Assembly (NCBI GenBank): GCA_946415375.1
Contig: CAMKSF010000006.1
Location: forward strand, 11,241 to 75,240
DNA from: an uncultured Clostridia bacterium
Lineage (GTDB): Bacteria > Bacillota > Clostridia > TANB77 > CAG-508
Direction of reading: 5' to 3'
DNA length: 64,000 nt
The translations under genes were made by a program, and so were the position numbers. Shown here piece after piece: positions 11,268 through 21,986 of this stretch. The number at the start of each line of letters is the position of its first letter. Positions within the stretch are counted from its first letter, which is position 1. Below the pieces are notes generated by a model. That model was not told where the DNA came from. It saw only the letters and a program-made list of their open reading frames with translations, and ran no database searches.

Positions 11268-11364
11268 TTAATAATAAATAGATATGTAAGTAAAGTTAAG
11301 AGTATCATTTTTTAATGATACTTCTTTTATAAATAACAATTAATTGTAATAAGGAGTGTATTAA

Positions 11365-12162
11365 ATGGAATCAAGAGAAATTCGATTAACGGGATCGACC
11401 ACATCTGGATGGGATACTGGAATGATTATAACCTTTGAAAGTGATGGAGGAATATGTATTGATAATTATAGAGAGGGGCCTGGAGGAGGAGCAAGTTCAA
11501 TGTATCTTGACGAATACATTGATAGGGCATATGATTCTTGTTCTAGATTAGAGGATCTTTTAAAGCTTTTTGACGATTTGGTAAAAGAAGGAAAAATAAC
11601 ATATAAAGAAATATATGATTATATTAAATTAAATCCTAGTAGAAATAGTAAAAATTATACTGCAATAGCAGTGTATTGTGCTGAAAAAGAAGGAATAAGT
11701 TGGAAAGAAGCTGTAAAAGAAACTACAGTTTTTTCTCCATGGTTTTCTTGTAAGGAATTTGAAACTAATTATTGGAACGATGAAAATGGTGAGGTACTTG
11801 AAGTTAAAAAACTAAATTTTATTAAAAATATTAGTTGGAGATATATAAAATTACCTATATTAGATGAAAAACCTGTAAAGGAGTATTGTGAAGTATGTAA
11901 ATCAAAAGGTATACAAATAGATAAGGCTTTAATTGACAATTATGTAATAAGATGTGAGATATTGGAAGAAAGATTATTATGGAGATTCGGGATTTCTAGA
12001 GATCATGAAAGACATAAATACGTTGATGCACAGGGAAGAGAAGTACAGGTAATAAAGCCAGATTTTTATAATAAAAATGACAAAGGTAGTTTTAGTTATG
12101 TAGATGAACCTATCCATAATATACATACTCAAGGAAGAGATGATGGTAATGAAAGAGACTAA
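11365..12162 (+). CDS. Orphan hypothetical protein ending DDGNERD
   Basis: Long ORF with AAGGAG SD; no recognisable motif. Confidence 0.7.
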   Translation: MESREIRLTGSTTSGWDTGMIITFESDGGICIDNYREGPGGGASSMYLDEYIDRAYDSCSRLEDLLKLFDDLVKEGKITYKEIYDYIKLNPSRNSKNYTAIAVYCAEKEGISWKEAVKETTVFSPWFSCKEFETNYWNDENGEVLEVKKLNFIKNISWRYIKLPILDEKPVKEYCEVCKSKGIQIDKALIDNYVIRCEILEERLLWRFGISRDHERHKYVDAQGREVQVIKPDFYNKNDKGSFSYVDEPIHNIHTQGRDDGNERD

Positions 12163-12243
12163 AAATAATTTGGATTTAAAGTAGCAAGAGAAATCTTGCT
12201 ATTTTCTTGTATTTGTAGTAAAATAGATACATGGAGGAAAAAT

Positions 12244-13491
12244 ATGTACGAACAATTTGGAATAAAAAAAGAAATAGAAGATTTAAGTATTAAAGTTGAA
12301 AATGAAATAAAAGAGCAATTTGATTCAATTGATAGAATATGTGAAATAAATAGTATGAAGGTATTAAAAGCTTTTCAAGATAATGGTTTATCAGAAACTC
12401 ATTTTAATTCTTCAACAGGTTATGGAATAGATGAACCTGGAAGGAATAAAATAGAAGATATATATGCAAGTATTTTTAAAGCAGAAGATGCGTTAGTTAG
12501 AGCTCAATTAATTTCAGGAACACATGCACTAGCTATTACATTAGGAGCACTTTTAAGACCAGGGGATACGATGATAAGTATTTCAGGAGCACCTTATGAT
12601 ACATTGCAAACAGTAATAGGTTTTGGAGAGAATCCAAGTCCAAGTTCTTTAAAATCTTATGGAATTAATTATGAACAGATAGATTTAATAGACAATAACT
12701 TTGATATAGATAAAATAAAAACTAGACTATCCACAAATAGTGTAAAACTTGTGGAAATCCAAAAGTCAATTGGTTATTCAGAAAGAAAAAGTTTAACTAT
12801 TTCTCAAATAGAAAATGTAATTAAAGAAATAAGAAAAGTAAATACAGATGTTATAATAATGGTAGATAATTGTTATGGAGAATTTGTAGAAGAAAAAGAA
12901 CCTATAGAAGTTGGAGCAGATATTGCAGTTGGATCTTTGATGAAAAATTTAGGTGCAGGAATTGCAACTAGTGGAGCATATATAGTTGGAAGAAAAGATT
13001 TGATTAAACTTTGTAGCGAAAGATTAACATCACCAGGGATTGGAAAAGAAATTGGACCATCTCTTGGACAAAATACTAACTTTTTAAAAGGACTATTTTT
13101 TGCACCAAGTGTTGTTGCTAGTAGTTTAAAAACCGCAGTTTTTGCAAGTAAGATGCTAGAAAAATTAGGATATAACACAAAACCTAAATTTGATGAAAAA
13201 AGAGGAGATATAGTTCAAACATTAATCTTTAATGATAAAGAAAAACTAATTAAATTCTGCCAAGGAATACAAGCAGCATCACCTGTTGATTCATTTGCAA
13301 TACCAGAACCAGGAGATATGGGAGGATATGAAGATAAAGTAATTATGGCAGCAGGAACTTTTACAGAGGGTTCAACAATAGAACTAAGTTGTGATGGACC
13401 AATCAGAGAGCCGTTTATTGCATATATGCAAGGTGGACTTACATATCAATATGGAAAAATCGGAATTTTAAAAGCGATTTCGAATATGTAG
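12244..13491 (+). CDS. Methionine gamma-lyase family PLP protein (YnbB/aluminium-resistance type)
   Basis: SGTHAL, VDNCYGEFVE, GSLMKNLG, IELSCDGP; start at MYEQF behind GGAGG. Confidence 0.9.
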   Translation: MYEQFGIKKEIEDLSIKVENEIKEQFDSIDRICEINSMKVLKAFQDNGLSETHFNSSTGYGIDEPGRNKIEDIYASIFKAEDALVRAQLISGTHALAITLGALLRPGDTMISISGAPYDTLQTVIGFGENPSPSSLKSYGINYEQIDLIDNNFDIDKIKTRLSTNSVKLVEIQKSIGYSERKSLTISQIENVIKEIRKVNTDVIIMVDNCYGEFVEEKEPIEVGADIAVGSLMKNLGAGIATSGAYIVGRKDLIKLCSERLTSPGIGKEIGPSLGQNTNFLKGLFFAPSVVASSLKTAVFASKMLEKLGYNTKPKFDEKRGDIVQTLIFNDKEKLIKFCQGIQAASPVDSFAIPEPGDMGGYEDKVIMAAGTFTEGSTIELSCDGPIREPFIAYMQGGLTYQYGKIGILKAISNM

Positions 13492-13526
13492 TATAATAAA
13501 TAATAAATTTAAAAGGAGAAAATAAA

Positions 13527-14180
13527 ATGAATTGTTTTAATGAAGAAAATTTATTTGGTACAGAATCAATTATACTAAAGATAGGTGATTTAAAATCATC
13601 AGATACACTAGATACCTTTGGAGAACCAATAGAATTTAAAGAGTATCAATTTGAACCATTAATGGACTCTACAAAAAATGAATTATTAGAAGTGTCGACA
13701 AATCTTGCTACCGGTGATTCTAGAAAAGGTGTTTCAATTAAAAATGGAGATATGGAGGTATTTTTGATATATGGGACAAATTCAGTCGGAGCTAAAAATG
13801 CACAAAGCATGGCAATAGGGTATTATGATGGTATGGATTATTTCTTTGTTAAGGAAGATTTTTTAATGAGAGAAATGAACAAAGAGCGTCCAAATGTTAG
13901 GTCAAGAAGTATTATAAAATGTAAATCATTAGAGATAGAAAGTCCAAAAGATTTAGAAAGAGTATTGTATGATGCTTATTCACCTGAAATGAAGAAAAAT
14001 TTAACTACTAATAATAGAATGTCATTAGTCGGATTAATTGCCAGAGTGGGTTGCATAGAGGGTGGCCTAACAAGTGATGTTTTAAACAAATTAAGATTAA
14101 GTGAAAGATTTAAAAGTAGAAAAGATGAAAAACGTGCTGACGGAGGAAGAAGTGCTAAAGAACAAGATAATGAAAGATAA
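13527..14180 (+). CDS. Orphan hypothetical protein ending EQDNER
   Basis: AAGGAG SD, followed by a hairpin terminator at about 14192-14220. Confidence 0.7.
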   Translation: MNCFNEENLFGTESIILKIGDLKSSDTLDTFGEPIEFKEYQFEPLMDSTKNELLEVSTNLATGDSRKGVSIKNGDMEVFLIYGTNSVGAKNAQSMAIGYYDGMDYFFVKEDFLMREMNKERPNVRSRSIIKCKSLEIESPKDLERVLYDAYSPEMKKNLTTNNRMSLVGLIARVGCIEGGLTSDVLNKLRLSERFKSRKDEKRADGGRSAKEQDNER

Positions 14181-14328
14181 AGAGTTTTAAAATATGCAGC
14201 AAAAAAACTGCATATTTTTTAATAACAACTTGATTAATTATTCTTTTTGTCATATAATATTATTGAGTTAATATATAATTAACTATTAAAAACTGAATTT
14301 TGAAAAAAGTGACTTGTTGGAGGAAAAA

Positions 14329-14952
14329 ATGATAGCATATGTAAAAGGTGAACTAGTACAAAAACAAATAGGATATGTAGTAATAGATGTTGGAGGATTA
14401 GGATATAAAATATTTATGTCAGAACCTTCAATAGATGAGATTGGAAATATTGGAGATACTGTAAAAGTACATACATATTATAGAGTTTCAGAAGATGATA
14501 TAAGTTTATTTGGATTTAACTCGCAAGAAGAACTTAGAATGTTTGAACTTTTAATTTCTGTAAGTGGTATAGGAGCAAAAACTGCAATAGCGATGCTTGC
14601 TTGTATAGAACCATCACAATTTGCAATTGCAGTTATTTCTGATGATATAGATACATTAAAAAAGATACCAGGAGTTGGACCAAAATCTGCACAAAGAATT
14701 GTTTTAGAATTAAAAGACAAAATGAAAAAAGAACAACAAATTGCTGAACTTACAAATGCTACTTCAGAACAAAAATCAAAAGTTAAGAAAATAATAGTAG
14801 CTGATAGTAAAGTACAAGAAGCGATTGATGCTTTACAAGTTTTAGGATATACAAAAAAAGATGTAGAAAAAGCTTTAGAAAGAATAGATACAGCAGAGTT
14901 AACAGTGGAAGATATAATAAAACAAGCATTAAGAGAATTATCAATGAGGTAA
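14329..14952 (+). CDS. ruvA: Holliday junction branch migration protein RuvA
   Basis: GGLGY, VSGIGAK, IPGVGPKSAQRIVLELK, ALQVLGY. Confidence 0.96.
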   Translation: MIAYVKGELVQKQIGYVVIDVGGLGYKIFMSEPSIDEIGNIGDTVKVHTYYRVSEDDISLFGFNSQEELRMFELLISVSGIGAKTAIAMLACIEPSQFAIAVISDDIDTLKKIPGVGPKSAQRIVLELKDKMKKEQQIAELTNATSEQKSKVKKIIVADSKVQEAIDALQVLGYTKKDVEKALERIDTAELTVEDIIKQALRELSMR

Positions 14953-14956
14953 TTAA

Positions 14957-16099
<1,143 letters not shown>

Positions 16100-16116
16100 A
16101 AGGGGGATTTTCAAAA

Positions 16117-17544
16117 ATGAAGTTATATGATGAAGAGGAACTAAGGAAAAAAAATGAAAAAAGTAAGAAAATGAAAAACCTAATTTTAGTAAGTATAATA
16201 TTTACAATTATTCTAATAGTATTACTAATGATTGGAATTTATTATTTAATTCAGAATCCAAATAAGATTACAGTTATGTATAATGGAAAAGAAAATGAAA
16301 AAATGGAAAACATGATAATGACGAAGAGTGATTATAATGAAGAAACAATAGTATATTTTCCAATAAGACAAGTTGCAAGTTTAATGGGATACAATTCTGG
16401 AAATGGAGATTATGGAAAAAATGTTGAAAGCTTAGACAATTGTTATATTGAATCAGAAAAAGAGGTCGCTATTTTTTCAGTGGATTCAAATGTTATTTAT
16501 AAAATTGATAAAACAAAAAAAGATAATAATCCTGAGTCAGATTATAAATATGAAGAAGTAAAAATAGACAATAAGATTATTAAAGACAATAACCTATTGT
16601 ATATAGATATAGAAGGATTAGAAGAAGCATTTAATTTATATATAACGGTTGATTCGAAAAAGAAGAAAATTGATATAACACCTTTAGATACACTTATTAA
16701 AAGTGCTCAGAATACGATAACTACAAAAAAACTTGGAAAACTAGATGAAAAATTCGTAAACAATAAAGCTATTTTAGATAATATGATTGTAGTGGAATCT
16801 AGTGATTATGATGGAAAAAAGGGAGTTAGAAATTTTTCAAATGGTGAAGAAATATTGGGATTTCAATATGACGATATAACTTATGTTCCTTCAAAAGAGT
16901 CATTTTTAGTAGAAAAAGACGATAAAGTTGGAATAATTGGAAGTGATGGAATAGTTAAGATAAAGCCAGAATATGATAATTTGATTTTAATAGATAGTGA
17001 AAATGGATTATATCTTGCTGAAGATAATACTAACTTTGGAGTTATTGATGAAAATCAAAATTCAAAAATATTTTTTGAATATAAGAAAATAGGTGTAGAT
17101 ATTAGTCAATTTAAAGAGAATGATATAAGAAATGAATATGTACTATTTGGAAAACTAATTCCTGCACAAAGGGCATCAGATGGAAAATGGATTTTTTACA
17201 GAATAAATAGCACAACAAATTCAGATGGAGAAAAAAATGTCGAATGTAGTATTATACAAGATATGGGATTTGATAATATTGGATGTATAGTTTCTAACAT
17301 TAATAATAGAGGAATTGTTAACAATTTAATGATTATAAAAGAATACAATTTGGTAGTTGTTGGAAATTATGGAACATATGGAGTTATGGACTTAAATGGT
17401 AAAGATGCATTAGGTAAAATATATGCGAGTATGTTTTTGGAAACTACATCTGGTGTAACTGATTATTGTGCAATAGATGGCTCTGGTAATACAATAAAAA
17501 TAATAGATGAACTAAAAAATAAGGGATATGAAAAAGTAGAATAA
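16117..17544 (+). CDS. Membrane-anchored WG-repeat-like surface protein
   Basis: N-terminal TM helix; repeated K.GII..DG..KI...YD units. Confidence 0.6.
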   Translation: MKLYDEEELRKKNEKSKKMKNLILVSIIFTIILIVLLMIGIYYLIQNPNKITVMYNGKENEKMENMIMTKSDYNEETIVYFPIRQVASLMGYNSGNGDYGKNVESLDNCYIESEKEVAIFSVDSNVIYKIDKTKKDNNPESDYKYEEVKIDNKIIKDNNLLYIDIEGLEEAFNLYITVDSKKKKIDITPLDTLIKSAQNTITTKKLGKLDEKFVNNKAILDNMIVVESSDYDGKKGVRNFSNGEEILGFQYDDITYVPSKESFLVEKDDKVGIIGSDGIVKIKPEYDNLILIDSENGLYLAEDNTNFGVIDENQNSKIFFEYKKIGVDISQFKENDIRNEYVLFGKLIPAQRASDGKWIFYRINSTTNSDGEKNVECSIIQDMGFDNIGCIVSNINNRGIVNNLMIIKEYNLVVVGNYGTYGVMDLNGKDALGKIYASMFLETTSGVTDYCAIDGSGNTIKIIDELKNKGYEKVE

Positions 17545-17632
17545 AATAGAGGGACAAATGCAAAGAAATGCTTTTGTCCCTTTTTAGTAATATTTTGAAT
17601 TTAAATGCATATATATTAATGGGGGGATATAT

Positions 17633-17842
17633 ATGAAACAAATAAAAAATAAGATGTATATTTTAAAAGAAAAGCCTTCATTGGTAATAAATCACTATAA
17701 ACTTAGAAATTGGACAAGCAAAATTATAAAATGCATTTATGATAATAAAATAATAGCTATTTCAGTAGTTGTATTTTTTATATGTGTTGTAATGAATTTA
17801 GTTTTAATCTATAATTTTATGAGAATTTTAAAACAAATATAA
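17633..17842 (+). CDS. Small membrane protein, possibly sporulation-related
   Basis: GGGGG SD, C-terminal TM helix; upstream catatatt resembles a sigE/sigK -10. Confidence 0.5.
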   Translation: MKQIKNKMYILKEKPSLVINHYKLRNWTSKIIKCIYDNKIIAISVVVFFICVVMNLVLIYNFMRILKQI

Positions 17843-17900
17843 TAATTAACTTGAAAATAGATATAAAACCTAGTATAATATAGCAAAAGGAATGATAGAT

Positions 17901-18765
17901 ATGAACATAGCAAATAATTGGGAAGAATATAAAATAATAGATATGGCAGATCGGACAAAAATTAGAAAAATGGGGAGAAATTATTTTATCTAGACCAGAC
18001 CCACAAATTGTATGGAAGAATAAATCTTATCCAGAGGAATGGAAAAAAGCGAATGCTATATATTCAAGAAGTAGGACGGGTGGAGGAAGCTGGGAGTATA
18101 AAAAGAAATTACCAGCTGTTTGGCAAATAAAGTATAAAGACTTAATATTTAATATTAAACCAATGGGATTTAAGCATACAGGATTGTTTCCTGAACAAGC
18201 TGTTAATTGGGATTGGATGAGAAATAAAATAAAAAAGGCAAACAGAGAAATAAAGGTTCTTAATCTATTTGCATATACAGGAGGAGCAACAGTTGCATGT
18301 CTTGCTGCAGGTGCATCTGTCTGTCATGTAGATAGCTCAAAAGGTATGGTAACATGGGCAAAGGAAAATGTCGCATCATCGGGACTTTCAAAAAGACCAG
18401 TACGATATATAGTTGACGATGTTGTTAAATTTGTTAATAGAGAAATAAGAAGAGGAAACAAATATGATGCAATAATAATGGATCCGCCTTCCTATGGAAG
18501 AGGCACTAATGGAGAAGTTTGGCAATTTGAAAATAATATATATGACTTAGTAGAATTATGTACAAAAGTATTATCAGACACGCCATTATTTTTCTTAATA
18601 AACTCATATACAACAGGAATTTCAAGTTCTGTATTAGCAAATATTTTAAATTTAACTGTTTCAAAAAAATATAAAGGAAATATTGAATCAGGAGAAATAG
18701 GACTTCCAATGGAAAAATCTTCATTAGTACTTCCAGCTGGAATTTTTGGAAGGTGGGAAGAATAA
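17901..18765 (+). CDS. Class I SAM-dependent (RlmI/RlmK-like) methyltransferase, split by a +1 frameshift at CGG-A (17952-17955)
   Basis: AAAGGA SD and ATG 17901 read MNIANNWEEYKIIDMAD; the +1 frame reads GQKLEKWGEIILSRPDPQIVW... into the tracked ORF (VLNLFAYTG, DPPSYG); fused product 287 aa. Confidence 0.88.
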
Positions 18766-18768
18766 AAA

Positions 18769-19434
18769 GTGAATATTATATATGAAGATAATCAGATAAT
18801 TGTTGTAGAAAAAGAACCAAATGTACCATCTCAATCTGATAAAACAAGAGATATTGATATGCTTACAATGGTAAAACAATATATCAAAGAAAAGTACAAT
18901 AAACCTGGAGAAGCATATGTTGGATTAGTACATAGATTAGATAGACCTGTTGGTGGTGTAATGGTATTTGCTAGAACTTCAAAAGCTGCATCAAGATTAA
19001 GTGAACAGGTCAGAAATAAAACGCTAAAGAAAATATATATTGCAGTTGTTGATGGAGAAATAAAAGAGAAAAGTGGAGTATTGGAAGACTATTTATATAA
19101 AGATGAAAGAAACAATTTAAGTAAAGTTGTAAGTAAAGATAAAAAGAACTCCAAATTTGCAAAACTAGAATATGAAGTTTTAGATTATGATGAAAAGAGA
19201 GGCTTATCCACAGTAAAAATAGAATTACACACAGGAAGACATCATCAAATACGAGTGCAATTTGCAAATGCTGGACATAGTCTTTATGGAGACCAAAAAT
19301 ATGGGACAAGAGGAAAAGGCAAACAAATAAGACTTTGGGCATATGAATTAGAGCTTGAACATCCGGTAAAAAAAGAAATGATGACATTTAAATCAATACC
19401 ACCATTTGTTAATTTGGAATATGTTAAATTATAG
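18769..19434 (+). CDS. RluA-family pseudouridine synthase
   Basis: VHRLDRPVGG, TGRHHQIRVQ, GDQKYG. Confidence 0.93.
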   Translation: MNIIYEDNQIIVVEKEPNVPSQSDKTRDIDMLTMVKQYIKEKYNKPGEAYVGLVHRLDRPVGGVMVFARTSKAASRLSEQVRNKTLKKIYIAVVDGEIKEKSGVLEDYLYKDERNNLSKVVSKDKKNSKFAKLEYEVLDYDEKRGLSTVKIELHTGRHHQIRVQFANAGHSLYGDQKYGTRGKGKQIRLWAYELELEHPVKKEMMTFKSIPPFVNLEYVKL

Positions 19435-19462
19435 AAAATATTATATGAAAGAAGTGACAAAA

Positions 19463-21124
19463 ATGACAGATATAGAAATAGCAAGAAATACAAAATTGAA
19501 TAAGATAACAGAAGTTGCAGAAAATTTAGGAATAAAAGAGAACGAATTAGAACAATATGGAAAATACAAAGCAAAGATTAATGATTCTGCTTATGAAAGA
19601 TTAAAAAATGAAAAAGATGGGAAACTAGTTCTAGTTACTGCAATAAGTCCAACACCAATGGGGGAAGGAAAAACAACAGTATCAATAGCTGTTGCAGATG
19701 GATTAAGAAAGATAAATAAAAATGCAGTACTTGCATTAAGAGAACCATCACTTGGGCCTGTATTTGGATTGAAAGGTGGAGCAACAGGTGGTGGAAAAGT
19801 TCAAGTAGCACCAATGGAAGATATTAACTTGCATTTTACAGGAGACATTCATGCAATGACTGCTGCAAATAATCTTTTATCTGCCATGATAGATAATCAC
19901 ATATATTTTGGAAATGAATTAAAGATAAAAAAAGTTATTTGGAAAAGATGTATGGACTTAAATGATAGACAATTAAGAACAGTTAATACTGGCCTTTCTG
20001 GAGAAAAGAGGATAGTTCCTAGAGAAGATGGATTTGATATAACAGTTGCATCTGAAATAATGGCAATAGTTTGCTTGTCAGAAAATTTAGGAGATTTAAA
20101 ACAAAAACTAGGAAATATTTTAATTGGATATAATGAAGAAGATAAACCAGTTTTTGCAAGAGATTTAAATGCCGAAGGAGCTTTAACTGTTCTTTTAAAA
20201 GATGCAATTAATCCAAACTTGGTACAAACGTTAGAACATACACCAGCTATAATTCATGGTGGACCATTTGCAAATATAGCGCATGGATGTAATTCGATTA
20301 GGGCTACAAAACTAGCATTAAAACTTGGAGATTATGTTATAACAGAAGCAGGGTTTGGATCTGATTTAGGAGCAGAGAAGTTCTTAGACATTAAATGCAG
20401 AAAATCAAATTTAAAGCCAGATGCAGTGGTATGTGTTGCAACTATTAAAGCTATAAAATATCATGGTGGTGCACTAAAGGAAAACATTCAAAAAGAAGAC
20501 ATGGAAGCTTTGAAAAAAGGTATGCATAATTTATTTGTACATATAGAAAATATGAAAAATGTTTATGGAATGCCTACAATTGTTGCACTAAATAGATATT
20601 TGACAGATACAGAAGAAGAAATAGAATTTATCAAAAAAGAAGTTGAAGCAAAAGGCTTTGAGTTTAGCTTGGTTGAAGGATGGTCAAAAGGCGGAAAAGG
20701 TGCAATTGATATAGCTGAAAAATTAGTTAAACTTACAGAAAAAACATCAAACTTAACCTATTCTTATGAACTAAATCAAGATATAAAAACAAAGATATTA
20801 AATGTAGCACAAAAAATATATAGGGCAAAAGACGTTGAATTTTCTGATGAAGCAATAGAGAATATAGAAAAAATAGAAAAACTAGGTTATGCAGATTTTC
20901 CAGTATGTATTGCAAAAACGCAGTATTCTCTATCAGATGATGATAAAAACTTACTTTGTGATAGTGACTATAATATTCATGTAAGAGATGTAATACTAAA
21001 AACAGGAGCAGGATTTATTGTTGTTCTTGCAGGAAAAATAATGACAATGCCAGGTCTTCCAAAGATACCAGCAGCAGAAAAAATTGATATTGATGAAAAT
21101 GGTGAAATAGTAGGAATATTCTAA
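19463..21124 (+). CDS. fhs: Formate--tetrahydrofolate ligase
   Basis: TPMGEGKTT, LREPSLGP, HGGPFANIAHG, TMPGLP; start at MTDIEIA. Confidence 0.97.
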   Translation: MTDIEIARNTKLNKITEVAENLGIKENELEQYGKYKAKINDSAYERLKNEKDGKLVLVTAISPTPMGEGKTTVSIAVADGLRKINKNAVLALREPSLGPVFGLKGGATGGGKVQVAPMEDINLHFTGDIHAMTAANNLLSAMIDNHIYFGNELKIKKVIWKRCMDLNDRQLRTVNTGLSGEKRIVPREDGFDITVASEIMAIVCLSENLGDLKQKLGNILIGYNEEDKPVFARDLNAEGALTVLLKDAINPNLVQTLEHTPAIIHGGPFANIAHGCNSIRATKLALKLGDYVITEAGFGSDLGAEKFLDIKCRKSNLKPDAVVCVATIKAIKYHGGALKENIQKEDMEALKKGMHNLFVHIENMKNVYGMPTIVALNRYLTDTEEEIEFIKKEVEAKGFEFSLVEGWSKGGKGAIDIAEKLVKLTEKTSNLTYSYELNQDIKTKILNVAQKIYRAKDVEFSDEAIENIEKIEKLGYADFPVCIAKTQYSLSDDDKNLLCDSDYNIHVRDVILKTGAGFIVVLAGKIMTMPGLPKIPAAEKIDIDENGEIVGIF

Positions 21125-21396
21125 TTGTATATAAAGAATTCAATTAATATAAAGAACCCAATAATTATAATTATTAATTATAATTGTTGGATTTTTTTTG
21201 TTCAATAGTAAAAAACGTAAATAAGATAAAAAAATTGTAATATAAGTGTAACAAAAAACACGAGATTGTTGAATATGAACATTTTTAAATGTTTGCATAG
21301 AAAATATAACTATTGACAAAAAATAAGGAGTTATATAGTATATTTATATAGTTAGTTAATAAAATGGAGTTAAATAAAAATTTTTTAAATAATATG

Positions 21397-21423
21397 TGAA
21401 CCAAAGAAATATTTTTACGTCTA
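21397..21423 (+). promoter_or_regulatory. ECF sigma (SigV/SigW-type) autoregulatory promoter
   Basis: TGAAC-N16-CGTCTA directly upstream of the ECF sigma gene. Confidence 0.7.
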
Positions 21424-21440
21424 ATGATTAGGAGGAAGAA

Positions 21441-21986
21441 ATGGAAGATTCAAAAGTTGAATTAATTAAATTAGTAGAAGATACAAAAAAAGAAGATAAA
21501 GATGCATTTACAAAACTAATAGAAAAAGTAAAGTTGAAACTATATAAAACTGCAATGGCAATTTTGAAAAACGATGAAGATGCATGTGATGCTATTCAAG
21601 AAACTTTACTAAAAGCTTACCAAAATATCAATACATTAAAAAACAACGAATTTTTTACAACATGGATTATTCGAATACTTGTAAATAATTGTTACGATAT
21701 TATAAGAAATAACAAGAAAATTACATATTTAGATGATAATCTATTATCTTCCCAAGATACTTATTATGACCTATATGAACAGGAATCTTCGCTAGAATAT
21801 GTATTGAATAAACTTGATAAAGATTTAAAGCTTGTAACTGTATTATATTATTATGATGATTTGTCGATAGGCCAAATATCAGAGATTATAAACATACCTG
21901 AAGGTACAGTTAAATCACGACTTTCGAGAGCGAGAAACAAAATCTATTCTATTTTAAAAGAGGAAGAAGGTGAAAATTGTGGATGA
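21441..21986 (+). CDS. ECF RNA polymerase sigma factor
   Basis: DAIQETLLKAY, F.TWIIRILVN, IPEGTVKSRLSRAR. Confidence 0.93.
   Translation: MEDSKVELIKLVEDTKKEDKDAFTKLIEKVKLKLYKTAMAILKNDEDACDAIQETLLKAYQNINTLKNNEFFTTWIIRILVNNCYDIIRNNKKITYLDDNLLSSQDTYYDLYEQESSLEYVLNKLDKDLKLVTVLYYYDDLSIGQISEIINIPEGTVKSRLSRARNKIYSILKEEEGENCG

Noticed and set aside
21125-21440. Possible riboswitch or sRNA in the long AT-rich fhs-ECF intergenic region (likewise 31330-31560 and 4640-4870)
   Set aside because: Explained by a terminator plus promoters; no recognisable conserved RNA motif.
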